Position numbers and translations under genes: made by a program. This document shows positions 18,601 to 26,275 of a stretch of DNA of 64,000 nt, piece by piece. Source of the DNA: Candidatus Falkowbacteria bacterium (GTDB lineage Bacteria > Patescibacteriota > Patescibacteriia > UBA11705 > JACRDX01); assembly GCA_043798985.1 (NCBI GenBank), contig JAZDOE010000023.1, positions 3,626 through 67,625 of the forward strand, in the 5' to 3' direction. Positions within the stretch are counted from its first letter, which is position 1, and each line of letters opens with the position of its first letter. Under the pieces are notes generated by a model that was not told where the DNA came from, ran no database searches, and worked only from the letters and a program-made list of their open reading frames with translations.

Positions 18601-21398
18601 GTAGACATGTCCAGATAGCCAGTATCAGTTTTCATGTTATTCCAGAATGTGGCGCCGCCTGTCATATAGCTATTTTCAGTTTGAGTAAACACAAAACCCG
18701 CTCCACCGCCAAAATCTTTCATATCACTTGCGCCTACTGTGAACATAAATTCATGACCACCGCCGATTCTGCTTCCAGAAATTGCATTGCCAGCAGTATC
18801 TTTTACTGCTGGCGTAATTTCAACAATGTACTGCGTTCCATTTGTCAAAAGCGCTTCTTGCTCAAGCACAATAACAGGCATTGTTGCTGATCCGCCAAAT
18901 GACCTTGTAATGCTATGAAATGTAACGCCCGAGCCAGTATCAAGCCCTATATTATATCCAGTCAAATTAACCATACTGCCACCTGACATTCTTTTGAATT
19001 TGATATTCGCGCTTGCCGCATCGCAGTTTGCACAAGTAGCTGTCGTTGAATCAATGGCCTTATCCAAACCAATCAATATCGGTCCTTTATCAATCACTAT
19101 ATCAGCTGGCGCGCCCATCATTCCCGCGCCCGGCGCGCTCCACATCACACCCGGCGCATCCAAATCACCGCCAAGTCCGGCACTGCCAGCTGTCAAGCAA
19201 GAAACCCAACCACTGGAAACAGGATTGTTAGAATTCACAGACACACCCCAAATTTGCCCATCAAGATAACCGCCGCTTGTGGTCTTTAAATTATAAACCC
19301 CATCTGAAACATTATTGATTGTAAATACGCCGCTATTATTACTGATCGCGCTAAAACCAGTTCCCTCTAAATAAACCGTAGCATTAGCAATTGGAGTAGA
19401 GCAGTCACTCTGATATACTGTGCCGGAAACGCTTCGTGAACCGCTGGAAGTTGAAACTGTAATATGGTATGGGCTGCTTTGCGCGGTAGCTATGCTGGTA
19501 GCGCTCGGGTTGAAACACGCAACGCTTGTAGCAGGCACTGAATCTGTCGCGTAAATATAATAATCTATCCCTGCTGATGTCACCGCAGACGCTGGAATTG
19601 TAAAAACAACGTCCATCATCATCTGTCCTGTCACACAAGTAGGGGATTCTGGCCAACTTGTATTTGACGCTTTATAACAAAGTTTTGTTGTTAGATTAGA
19701 AAACGCCTCTTGCATGTCATTAATTTTAGCTGGAATTTTCAATTCGTTGCTTACCGTTGAATTAATAATCGGCATGTGTATTATTGTTGGAGCAGTATTA
19801 ACACCGCCGCCACCAGGAGTTTCAGCTGTAGCCGCCAAATTTTGAGGATCAGCAGTGGTCCTAACAATAAAATCCCAACTATTTATATCACTATCATAGC
19901 CATTGCCGCCAATGACATTAGCGCCGCCAACATCCATTGTTGTCGCAGTAGCGCTAGCCAATGCTTTTCTTTCCGCGCTTTTGCCAGCAGTCATTGTGCC
20001 GATGAATGGGGATCCCTCATAAACTCGCGCATTCGCTCCAAGCCCAACCATATCTATCACTTCACCAAAAGCATTTAAAAAGAAAATTGTATCTCCTGCC
20101 GCTAAATCAACCCCGGTAAATGTCGCGTCAGCTATCATGTTAGCGCCATTAACATTTTGGTGATAATTGTTAGCTGTATTCGCCAAAAGATAATATTTGC
20201 CTGATGCTAAATTAACATTTCCCAGCGTTGCTAATGTCGTATAAACGCCACCAACAAACGCCTTTATCGTATAATTGTTCAAATTCATATTCCCCCTGGA
20301 ATATATTTCAATAAATTCATCAGTTGTGTTTGTGCCTGCCAATTTAACTTCTGAAATTACTAACGATGTTGAACTTAATGTTGGATATACATTAAAATTA
20401 CTGGAAACCGGCATTGGGTCTACCGCAGATTTTGGCGCGTTGCTTGGATCTGTTGTTATTTGTATCCAATCTTCTGTTGAAACAGAGATTCTCGCATCAG
20501 CATGCGCGTTCAAAACAAGCTTTGTAAGCTCTGTATTATCAAGCGCTGCTGAAACAATGGTCTCTGTGTCACTAGCATCCTTTGTATGTAATGTATATTT
20601 AACAGCACAGGTTTCCGCGCTCGCGCAATTGGTAGTCGCGCTAGACATGTTTTTATCAAACATGACTGTCAATTGTTTATAATTCGCATACACAAGCCTT
20701 GCAATATGCGGCGGCTGTATCCAACCGCCAGCGCCATCGCCCATGCTTGTCAACGCTCCCGTAGAAAACGCGGTAATTGATGGGGAAGTGCCAGACGTCA
20801 CAACTGTTCCGCCAGCTCCGGTCAAAAATGTCAGTCTGAAAGATTTACCAGCTGGCGGCTGGGCAGCCATTTTCATGTGAACAAAATAGTTATAGCCAGT
20901 CGCGTAACTTGTTGGCAATGCTTGATTTGTTATGTCTAATGTTGTGTCATACGTGCCATTTCCATTGTCAGTCCATGTTGGCTTATTTTCCCACGCGAGA
21001 ATAGTGTCAATGCTACCGCCCGGTTCAAAACCTCCATTGCTATTGTTATCTTTATAAACACACAAACCTTGGCTGTCATTAGCGCCGCCCGCGCCAGCAT
21101 CATTAAATGCAACAAGCATCGTGGCCGGCGTCGCGCCAGAAGTTCCAATGTCTTCAAACCTTACCTTAATGCTCTGCAATTGTTCACTCGCGCTCGCAGT
21201 TATTTTCAAACCAGCGACCACTTGCATCATGCCGCCAGAAACCATCCACGAAGTTGGAATTCTGTTTTCGGTCGCCACTGTCACTGCCGCGTTAGCTGGA
21301 AATAGGGGAGTCAAAATTCCCGCGATTCCGATTGTCCACGCGATTGTTGCCATTACAATAAAAACATTGAATGGCTTGTTTTTCGCAATCATTCTCAT
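12603..21398 (-). CDS. giant (2931 aa) secreted/cell-surface protein with repeated beta-sandwich domains
   Basis: N-terminal signal/TM; Thr/Gly/Ser/Ala-rich; several CarboxypepD_reg-like repeats (e.g. SGTVYQSDCSTPIANATVYLEGTGF...NNSGVFTI); FN3-like module; C-terminal 2x ~110-aa tandem repeat. Confidence 0.7.
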   Translation of the reverse strand: MRMIAKNKPFNVFIVMATIAWTIGIAGILTPLFPANAAVTVATENRIPTSWMVSGGMMQVVAGLKITASASEQLQSIKVRFEDIGTSGATPATMLVAFNDAGAGGANDSQGLCVYKDNNSNGGFEPGGSIDTILAWENKPTWTDNGNGTYDTTLDITNQALPTSYATGYNYFVHMKMAAQPPAGKSFRLTFLTGAGGTVVTSGTSPSITAFSTGALTSMGDGAGGWIQPPHIARLVYANYKQLTVMFDKNMSSATTNCASAETCAVKYTLHTKDASDTETIVSAALDNTELTKLVLNAHADARISVSTEDWIQITTDPSNAPKSAVDPMPVSSNFNVYPTLSSTSLVISEVKLAGTNTTDEFIEIYSRGNMNLNNYTIKAFVGGVYTTLATLGNVNLASGKYYLLANTANNYHQNVNGANMIADATFTGVDLAAGDTIFFLNAFGEVIDMVGLGANARVYEGSPFIGTMTAGKSAERKALASATATTMDVGGANVIGGNGYDSDINSWDFIVRTTADPQNLAATAETPGGGGVNTAPTIIHMPIINSTVSNELKIPAKINDMQEAFSNLTTKLCYKASNTSWPESPTCVTGQMMMDVVFTIPASAVTSAGIDYYIYATDSVPATSVACFNPSATSIATAQSSPYHITVSTSSGSRSVSGTVYQSDCSTPIANATVYLEGTGFSAISNNSGVFTINNVSDGVYNLKTTSGGYLDGQIWGVSVNSNNPVSSGWVSCLTAGSAGLGGDLDAPGVMWSAPGAGMMGAPADIVIDKGPILIGLDKAIDSTTATCANCDAASANIKFKRMSGGSMVNLTGYNIGLDTGSGVTFHSITRSFGGSATMPVIVLEQEALLTNGTQYIVEITPAVKDTAGNAISGSRIGGGHEFMFTVGASDMKDFGGGAGFVFTQTENSYMTGGATFWNNMKTDTGYLDMSTNYNTATGNWTGGSINPPYILGAIPAPGAWNISKNSDIVLSFSEGMDSSSVNRGTFELYSVTNNVETNVTQTLIDSVSLSSDKEQVTMDVVSGGLVASTHYRIKVKNAARSSAGITIGNPNDPSAAFFVSDFDTGTGTDSSAPAITGSWPDNAATNVSNIGFIDIGLDEVITTVNSSTVKLMSGATNVPSTVEFDPMAKSIRIYPTVGLMAGATYTVQLIGGATGINDLAGNDFLTTTRTFTMSTTVDTNKPRVEFSNCDDYSCAITFNKAMNAASATDTNRWTSSVINPANYSITQGAEGTTPYIIPNAASFTWDNKVNTVKISGLALSGKYNFVVANVKDLSSNPMDTDVDTASGNVLSSAKTQGFVGPGGGGMMGAPMAGGATMTGPTGFGGFTAMDKGSGMAAGVFPMNSMAGATTTYIIDFPIAPSGGTSNRLDNGATIKITFPQGFDISSVIPDPYNPNKNDLNMMGPSTVALKTSGVTDDGSSAATKGGAANDGVTVSGQTVTLYLSVLDGGVAGNTGDPDFLHLEIKGIINSKIPKDFNTEGYSIDMKSYKAAGTLVESKTSMPFFTAAAGTNNITANITAAEGNGTFSLMMGSPMSGPQDATVTITNGTGAQTWSNLPNGCYNLFTEPTITLGANNKYSGQMNPEPLCLPGSGANWNAGTSTLTKALTFVKYGAGNSTSLNVKVSGTFSASGEDVDISAGGPAGYNVETKTLTGAVTNNSTTLYLPANGSYMIGVYPAMPKGPKMGPPQMPDWMPPMSVNIEVSGVGGTPVIKRMDTGAVITELSFTINTANKQILGRVVSAQTTLSANYTANATTLSLTSAGGFLANDTIVLYDGTNTATGKISSMSGTTVTLLAGISQGFSTGAKVYNVMANAEVFANQPMGFGGAGSHTQSKADGSFVLKISMNGVYDLGVFKPGYGEAPSRTVSVANNNAGTVDNNSTADISANNALVTTAAPLIVRIGRPDYTISGKISNSSGSALQYAHVQAKEATSYQMVHTSTDTDGNYVIGVGAGTWTITADMPSGIDTCGVITKTVLVTDASKDNQNIQPASITCYTISGTVTLGGTAQANIPVGVETWDTTNDRPSGGYHRNEMTDSSGAYSIKVGAGTYRVSIWTPDYGEIGQSATVTIQNVTSDISYDATQVKTLTLAFTGGTSSMRGFVEAKGTTGTARRGMPIVDLSANKTMSLPSGTYKILVFVDGLGDFSPASNVDLSSNQTVTINLSGQTLYTVSGNVLDALNSAIANAGIIVTETTTGLTERATTDSNGDYSLSVKAGTYKIKAEQQDYDTPAKAEVTVSANLDYDFDANLTGEGVAVNNPLQAKTAEISGTIYKSDGTTLADNGIVFASTSDGKYVKTAIQKDGTYTLPVSDGTWTVKADASLHAPTTMSSAIVVAGADQAGKNATLTADATDIKKADTITMTPSVGGTVDDSDNTGVEMNFGAAVLGRDSNPGSVIVEEVDAPTTDSFTMVGNLVDITAKDSEDGDINQLGGDGAEVVFHYTNAEMTAAGVTTESALKLVYFDETLGAPVPFDNQVIDTAANTITGYITHFTTVGIGSPPITISAPPASPGGGAGALLDTTAPVISNIAVSAKDTEATITWTTNESSLSWLLYGSTSSYGKEEKTGAYAYSHSVKLTGLLPATIYHYQVKSKDTASNVGAGVGKTFITLTTVEATKKVADEAAKTVVTTPIAETIVNATPTLPTATIRDLAKEAASIVEFNKIMKKVPASSAEWLVVTFLTYGSSDATKALTMAERSALVVKFKKANSNKLPKTDADWLAVAKFAQPAIKVTTITPPATTITEKAGAPVITIVNAAPTLPIASIRSLAKEILSITEFGKIMRKMPAKSSEWLVVTFLTYGSSDATKALAIKDRSGLLADFKEIYGKLPVTDADWQNLAKIAQNATPAKVASKETQAAKDFKKIFKRVVKFTNATEEKFVHMVTYRLRITERDLNKEKVGLAKYRSVYKAWPKTSKDWAIVRALSYLDIK
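12890..13560. repeat. tandem ~330-bp duplication inside the 3' end of the giant gene
   Basis: two near-identical DNA blocks (ccaatcagcgtctgtc...gccaaa... repeated) encoding repeated TPTLP..IR.LAKE..SI.EF.KIM.K.PA.S.EWLVVTFLTYGSSDATKAL units. Confidence 0.6.
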
Positions 21399-21445
21399 AC
21401 TTTAAGATTTTAATTTTTTGTAAAAAATATTTAAAGTTATTATTT

Positions 21446-21700
21446 TTATTTTTTTTCTAACACTTGGTTCACTCTCGTATTAAGCAAAAAGACCTGACTA
21501 TAAATACGATTCAGCATCATTGAAGTGTTGTCTTGATATGTAGCAAGACTAGCTTGTAGTTTATTGACACGTTCAAAAGTCAAAATAAAAAATATGGATT
21601 GTACGATGATAACAACAATCAAGCCATAAAATATTGCTGACCGCCGCAAACTCAAATAAAATTTTGCGACATAAAGCCAAAACGTGGCGCGTTTAAACAT
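21446..21700 (-). CDS. small hypothetical membrane protein
   Basis: 84-aa ORF with one hydrophobic helix between xerC-like and giant gene; weak. Confidence 0.3.
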   Translation of the reverse strand: MFKRATFWLYVAKFYLSLRRSAIFYGLIVVIIVQSIFFILTFERVNKLQASLATYQDNTSMMLNRIYSQVFLLNTRVNQVLEKK

Positions 21701-21752
21701 ATTATATTAGTTTATTATAGCACAACGAAAATCAACAATGCCTGTGCATAAG

Positions 21753-22730
21753 TTATGCTGATAATGGATGAAATTTTTTGTGCGCGTCTTCTGCGTAACG
21801 ATCAGACACATTCACATAGCGCGTTGTGGTTTGCAACGATTCATGCCCCAGCAAAATCTGAATGGCAGCCGGGTTTGCGCCTTGTTCAGCCAGTAGCGTG
21901 GCAAACGCATGCCGCAAAGAATGCGCGGAAATCGGCGTGTTAATGCCCAAAAGCTCGCGATAGTGTTTTATTCGCTCTTGCAAATAATTTGTTGAAACTT
22001 TTTTGTTCTTTTTAGCGCTGTTTTTACCACGCAAAGGTAAAAATAAGTATTCGCCACCGATTTCTCGTTTTGTCAAATAATCATTCAAATACTTTTGGCT
22101 ACGTTTAGTTAAATAAACAAACCGCTCTTTGCGGCCTTTACCCTTGATAAAAATGCGGCCGGTTTTATCAATTTGCGCGATTTTAAGGTTTAATAATTCA
22201 GAAATGCGCATTCCCGTGGAGAAAAGCGTTTCCAGCATTGCGCGGTTGCGGCTCGCGACAATTTCGTTTTGCTCAAATTGATTGGGAAACTCAATCAATT
22301 TGACGATATCTTCAAATTCCGCGAGCCGCAGATGCTTTTTGTCTGTTTTTGCAAGTTTAATCATATCCGGCGCAACAGGGCAATCATAATCCATTTCAAT
22401 CAAATACTTAAAATAAGAACGTAGCGCTGAAAGCATGCGATTCGTTGTATAACTGCTCAAATGTTTTTCCGTGTCATTTCCACCAGCTGTCTTGCGATCA
22501 TGAGAAGCGAGATAGGCTTTATAATTCAAAATTGTTTTTTTATCAATCTTTTCAAACGATGCCTCAACTTCCTGCAAAAAATTTAAAAAAGTTTTTAAAT
22601 CGCATTCATAATTATAAATTGTTTCAGCAGAATAATTATTTGTTTGCATGTTCAATAAAAAATCATCAAGGCAGGGAAGGGTTAGCTTGTAGCTTGTAGG
22701 TTGTAGGTCGGATTTTTTTTGTCCAGCCAT
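21753..22730 (-). CDS. tyrosine site-specific recombinase, XerC/XerD-like
   Basis: C-terminal HSLRHAFATLLAEQGANPAAIQILLGHESLQTTTRYVNV (R-H-R-Y catalytic set), core-binding N domain. Confidence 0.8.
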   Translation of the reverse strand: MAGQKKSDLQPTSYKLTLPCLDDFLLNMQTNNYSAETIYNYECDLKTFLNFLQEVEASFEKIDKKTILNYKAYLASHDRKTAGGNDTEKHLSSYTTNRMLSALRSYFKYLIEMDYDCPVAPDMIKLAKTDKKHLRLAEFEDIVKLIEFPNQFEQNEIVASRNRAMLETLFSTGMRISELLNLKIAQIDKTGRIFIKGKGRKERFVYLTKRSQKYLNDYLTKREIGGEYLFLPLRGKNSAKKNKKVSTNYLQERIKHYRELLGINTPISAHSLRHAFATLLAEQGANPAAIQILLGHESLQTTTRYVNVSDRYAEDAHKKFHPLSA

Positions 22731-22793
22731 AAGTGAGTCAAAGGGTTATTATACTCACTTTATATTATAATAAAAACAACAACGCGTGGCAAG

Positions 22794-22821
22794 TTAACCT
22801 GTTAACAAATTAACCTGTTAA
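22794..22821. promoter_or_regulatory. direct repeat 2x TTAACCTGTTAA (each internally palindromic) upstream of recombinase gene; candidate recombinase/regulator site
   Basis: ttaacctgttaa caaa ttaacctgttaa, 64-90 bp upstream of xerC-like start. Confidence 0.25.
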
Positions 22822-22828
22822 TATGTCC

Positions 22829-22856
22829 GTAGAGACGAAACATGTTCCGTCTCTAC
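22829..22856. repeat. REP-like palindrome GTAGAGACG-N10-CGTCTCTAC
   Basis: gtagagacgaaacatgttccgtctctac; same arms as copies at 40522, 59536, 60186. Confidence 0.6.
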
Positions 22857-22954
22857 AAGAATAACGCGCCACAGGGCAAAATTGAAGGTCATTTTTTGGC
22901 TAAGTTTAGCGACAAATCCGACGTGCGCTTTTTATTCAAAAATAAGTTCAAAAA

Positions 22955-23078
22955 TACGAATTCCGAATATCGAAATACGAAACAAATTCCAAATCAGACT
23001 ACGCCTGCCGGCGGGCAGGAATCTGAATGTTTCAATATTGGAAAATTAGAATTTCGTGCTTGTTTCGGATTTAGAATT
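22955..23078. mobile_element. MITE-like hairpin repeat, copy A
   Basis: ~85% identical to 47709-47833; terminal inverted repeats AAATMCGAAACAA / TTGTTTCGKATTT; central GC palindrome cctgccggcgggcagg. Confidence 0.55.
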
Positions 23079-23214
23079 TCGAGTTTATAAACACGCAGAA
23101 GCAATCTCGCTTACACGAGGCCCAGATTGCCACGTCGCTCACTTTGCTCGCTCCTCGCAATGACAGTCGCGTCCCCCACCGGCACGCAGCCGTTTTTATG
23201 CGTCGTATAATATA

Positions 23215-24135
23215 CTACTGATAATATATTTTCTCGCCAAACCGCAAATCAATATATCCAATGCCGCCTAATTTGTTTTTGGAAATTTCTTTGTTAAACA
23301 AAACGGTCAATTTTGAAATAATATCCCCTGCTGGCTTTTGCATGTTCAAAAAAAGTTCTGGTCCTTGTTTTAAATAAATTTTCAATTCATTTTGCGCAAC
23401 CAAAAATTCATAACTTTTTACTTGCAATCCGAGCGCTTGCGCAAACCCCTGCTCCAACGTTGTAATGTATTTTAATTCTTCCGCGGTTGTTATTGAATCT
23501 TTGATTTTTAATGTTAATGCTGGTCGTAAATCACGTATTTGAATAATATTTGCCGCGGCCGCGTCCTGACAAAATCCAATAATCGCGCCGACACTATCAA
23601 CTTTATAACATTGGTCGGCGCGCAACCAATACGCGACCGCGGTTTTTTCCTTTAAATAAACGTCTATTTGCTTTGGATAATATTTTTTGATAACTAACTC
23701 GTCCAAAAAATAATTTTTAGAAATTTCAGCGGCCAATTGCGCGGTGCTGAAAAACCAAATATTTTTTCTGGAAAAAATAAACAAAAACCGCGATGACATC
23801 TGTTCTTCTGCTTTTTCAATCACAGCTTCTGGCGCGATCGTTGAAGATTGAACATTAATTTTTTCAATGCGAAAAAACGGAGAAAAACAAAAAAAATAGA
23901 CCGCGCCTGCTAACGCGATGAATAATGTTGAAAAAAACACCACCGCTCCCCTGCTTCTCTGCTCTTGCAGTTTTTTTCGCAGGCGCGGATTTTGATAATC
24001 AACAACTTTGTAATCTTTTAAATATTTTAGGGAAACTGACATAAATCGCAATGCACAACCACAAACTGCCGATAAAATATCCGAAGACAACATCACTAAA
24101 ATAATGCGCGCCCAAGTACAATCTAGAAAATCCAA
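23215..24135 (-). CDS. ftsQ: cell division protein FtsQ/DivIB-like (POTRA domain)
   Basis: single TM, then POTRA-like region, then C-terminal GYIDLRFGEKIYY; true start probably internal Met (~24044 or 24093) because the ORF overlaps the upstream PAP2 gene. Confidence 0.6.
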   Translation of the reverse strand: MDFLDCTWARIILVMLSSDILSAVCGCALRFMSVSLKYLKDYKVVDYQNPRLRKKLQEQRSRGAVVFFSTLFIALAGAVYFFCFSPFFRIEKINVQSSTIAPEAVIEKAEEQMSSRFLFIFSRKNIWFFSTAQLAAEISKNYFLDELVIKKYYPKQIDVYLKEKTAVAYWLRADQCYKVDSVGAIIGFCQDAAAANIIQIRDLRPALTLKIKDSITTAEELKYITTLEQGFAQALGLQVKSYEFLVAQNELKIYLKQGPELFLNMQKPAGDIISKLTVLFNKEISKNKLGGIGYIDLRFGEKIYYQ

Positions 24136-24565
24136 TCAACACAATTAAAATTAAGCAAATGCTAGCCGCAACAATTTTTTGCCACAAACGTTTGCTGTGT
24201 TTTATCAAAACAAACGCGATAAATCCGTAAAACGCGACCGAAATCGCCGCGTGGCCGCTTGGAAAAGCAAAAGAATCTTCAAGAACGAGCATAACATCTG
24301 GCCGCGCGCGATGAAAAATAATTTTTGCCAAATAAACGGTCAACTCTGTTCCGCCAGCGCCAACCAACAACGGAAAAATATAATTCTGCTTTTTATAAAA
24401 TATAAAAAACGCGCTTGTAATTATCAAAAAGGCGCAAACAATCTTCCACCCGCCCAAAAACGTCACAAAAGCAAACGTCTTTATAATCGCCGGCATCCAC
24501 AAATCAACAATCAGGTTCATTATAAAAACATCCAAATCAACAATTGTCTGTAATAATAAACTCAT
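23999..24565 (-). CDS. PAP2-family phosphatase (undecaprenyl-diphosphatase-like)
   Basis: PSGH and SRLYLGAHYFSDV acid-phosphatase motifs, multiple TM helices. Confidence 0.7.
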   Translation of the reverse strand: MSLLLQTIVDLDVFIMNLIVDLWMPAIIKTFAFVTFLGGWKIVCAFLIITSAFFIFYKKQNYIFPLLVGAGGTELTVYLAKIIFHRARPDVMLVLEDSFAFPSGHAAISVAFYGFIAFVLIKHSKRLWQKIVAASICLILIVLIGFSRLYLGAHYFSDVVFGYFIGSLWLCIAIYVSFPKIFKRLQSC

Positions 24566-25908
24566 ACTTTTCCACTAAAAAACTTTATTGCCTCTGCCAA
24601 TTCAGGATGTTTTTCCGCGTATTCTTTAATATCAATTTTTTGCTGATATGCTTCGCACGCCTGCACCAATGCCTTGGCGCCGGCTCGCGTGCCGCCAGGA
24701 TGCGCGTGGCATCCTGCTCCCATTGTTGTAATGAAATCCACATTGCCCATTATTTCAATAAACGGTTTTAACAAAGTTGGATTGAGTCCGCCTGAAATAA
24801 TCGGGCAGCATTTTTTAATATCTTGTCCCCAATCTTGCTCAAAAAAATGTCCCTTGCTTTTTGATTGCAAAATATTATGCGCCGCAACAACATCCTCTTC
24901 CGGCGAGCCTGCCATTTTGCCAACGCCAGCTGTACCGGTGTGCATGCCTGACGCGCCGGCCAATCTCGCGAATTTTGACAAAACCAAAACCAAATACCCT
25001 ATTGGATTTTCCTGTCGCGTAAAACCTCCGTGTCCGGCGCGATGAAAATGTATGAAAACATCAGGATATTTTCTCCGCAAAGTCTGAACTGCCATCCATC
25101 CTGCTGTTATTCCATCAATCAAAAACGCATAACTCCCCTTTTCAAATCCAGCGGCGCGTATCATTTCGCATCGCTTGAGCATTGTGTCATAGTCGGCCGC
25201 TGAAACATTAAACGAATGAACTTTCTTGCGGCCAGTTTCTGCCACTGCTTTATCCATTGCCTCTTTAACATGCGCAACCATTTTGTCGTATGGACAAAAA
25301 TCCTGATCAGCTTGCGGCTCATCATTTTTTACAAAATCTCCGCCACCAATCCAAAAATCATAACAAACTTTTGCGTACTCTGAATCTGTCAATCCAATCT
25401 TGGGTTTTACAATCGTTCCCAAAATCGGCCGTTCATAAATATCCAAATATTTTCTCATGTCATCCAACGTGTAGCTTGGTCCGTCATATTGTTCAAGCAT
25501 TGCAGGCGAGAACCAAACGTCTAACCACTTTAACGCCCTGATTTCTTTCATCCCGAAAATATTTCCAGCGATATAAGTAAAAATATTCTGAATGTTAGCG
25601 CCACGATCAAAAATTCGCCACGGATACGCAATCCACACCAAATTTCTTTTAATGTCCACCTGATAAACAAGCGCGTTCATTGTCCGAGAAAACGCGGTTT
25701 CGGTTTTCACCGGAAAATTAGTTCCGCTAGAAGATTCTGCCGCGACCTCTGCGGCTGCTTGTAAAATATTCAATTTATCTGATGGCGCCAAATGAAAAAC
25801 CGCGAGCATATATTCCCCATTCTGTGGATTGGGCAAATTAAAATTCACATAAGCTGCCTGTTTTTCGCTAAGCGTTTTAATTAATTTATCAGTCTTTTTT
25901 GTGAACAT
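24562..25908 (-). CDS. ribulose-1,5-bisphosphate carboxylase/oxygenase large subunit, form II/III type
   Basis: GGDFVKNDE (carbamylated Lys region), KPKIGLT, GGLNP..., C-terminal loop-6 region; 448 aa, no small subunit nearby. Confidence 0.85.
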   Translation of the reverse strand: MFTKKTDKLIKTLSEKQAAYVNFNLPNPQNGEYMLAVFHLAPSDKLNILQAAAEVAAESSSGTNFPVKTETAFSRTMNALVYQVDIKRNLVWIAYPWRIFDRGANIQNIFTYIAGNIFGMKEIRALKWLDVWFSPAMLEQYDGPSYTLDDMRKYLDIYERPILGTIVKPKIGLTDSEYAKVCYDFWIGGGDFVKNDEPQADQDFCPYDKMVAHVKEAMDKAVAETGRKKVHSFNVSAADYDTMLKRCEMIRAAGFEKGSYAFLIDGITAGWMAVQTLRRKYPDVFIHFHRAGHGGFTRQENPIGYLVLVLSKFARLAGASGMHTGTAGVGKMAGSPEEDVVAAHNILQSKSKGHFFEQDWGQDIKKCCPIISGGLNPTLLKPFIEIMGNVDFITTMGAGCHAHPGGTRAGAKALVQACEAYQQKIDIKEYAEKHPELAEAIKFFSGKV

Positions 25909-26009
25909 AAAAAAATCTTAATTTCTATTTATATTTCTAAGGATTAATGCTTTCGTTGGCATATCTAAATTTTTATTCCTTACAAAATGCTTTTAGCGAG
26001 CAATGTTAA

Positions 26010-26264
26010 TTATCCAACAAATTTAAATCGCGGAACCTTTACTCCGTCAACAACAACTTCATCAAAAAACATTTCCCTTGGGCGAACCCACAATGCGTTT
26101 TCGCCAAATTCTCCTGAATCATAAAGCGCGCGATAAACAACCAGCGCTTCCAATGTTTCGCTGTGCCTCGCAATACCAATCACTTCGTACATCTTGCCTT
26201 TGTAATGCTGATATTTCCCAAGTCGCATCATAATACAACGAAAAAATTCTTTATCGTTCTTCAA
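26010..26264 (-). CDS. DUF1653-domain protein
   Basis: YQHYKGKMYEVIGIARHSETLEALVVYRAL...WVRPREMF pattern. Confidence 0.5.
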   Translation of the reverse strand: MKNDKEFFRCIMMRLGKYQHYKGKMYEVIGIARHSETLEALVVYRALYDSGEFGENALWVRPREMFFDEVVVDGVKVPRFKFVG

Positions 26265-26275
26265 TACCGTGCCAT

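Noticed and set aside
12603-21398. More than 20 plus-strand and alternative-frame ORFs of 60-190 aa inside the giant gene (e.g. 13057-13632, 16939-17508)
   Set aside because: They are shadow ORFs created by the biased Gly/Thr/Ala-rich codon composition of a single 8.8-kb minus-strand gene; no independent start signals.
22842-23090. 82-aa plus-strand ORF
   Set aside because: It spans the REP and the MITE-like repeat copy A; its sequence is repeat-derived, not coding.
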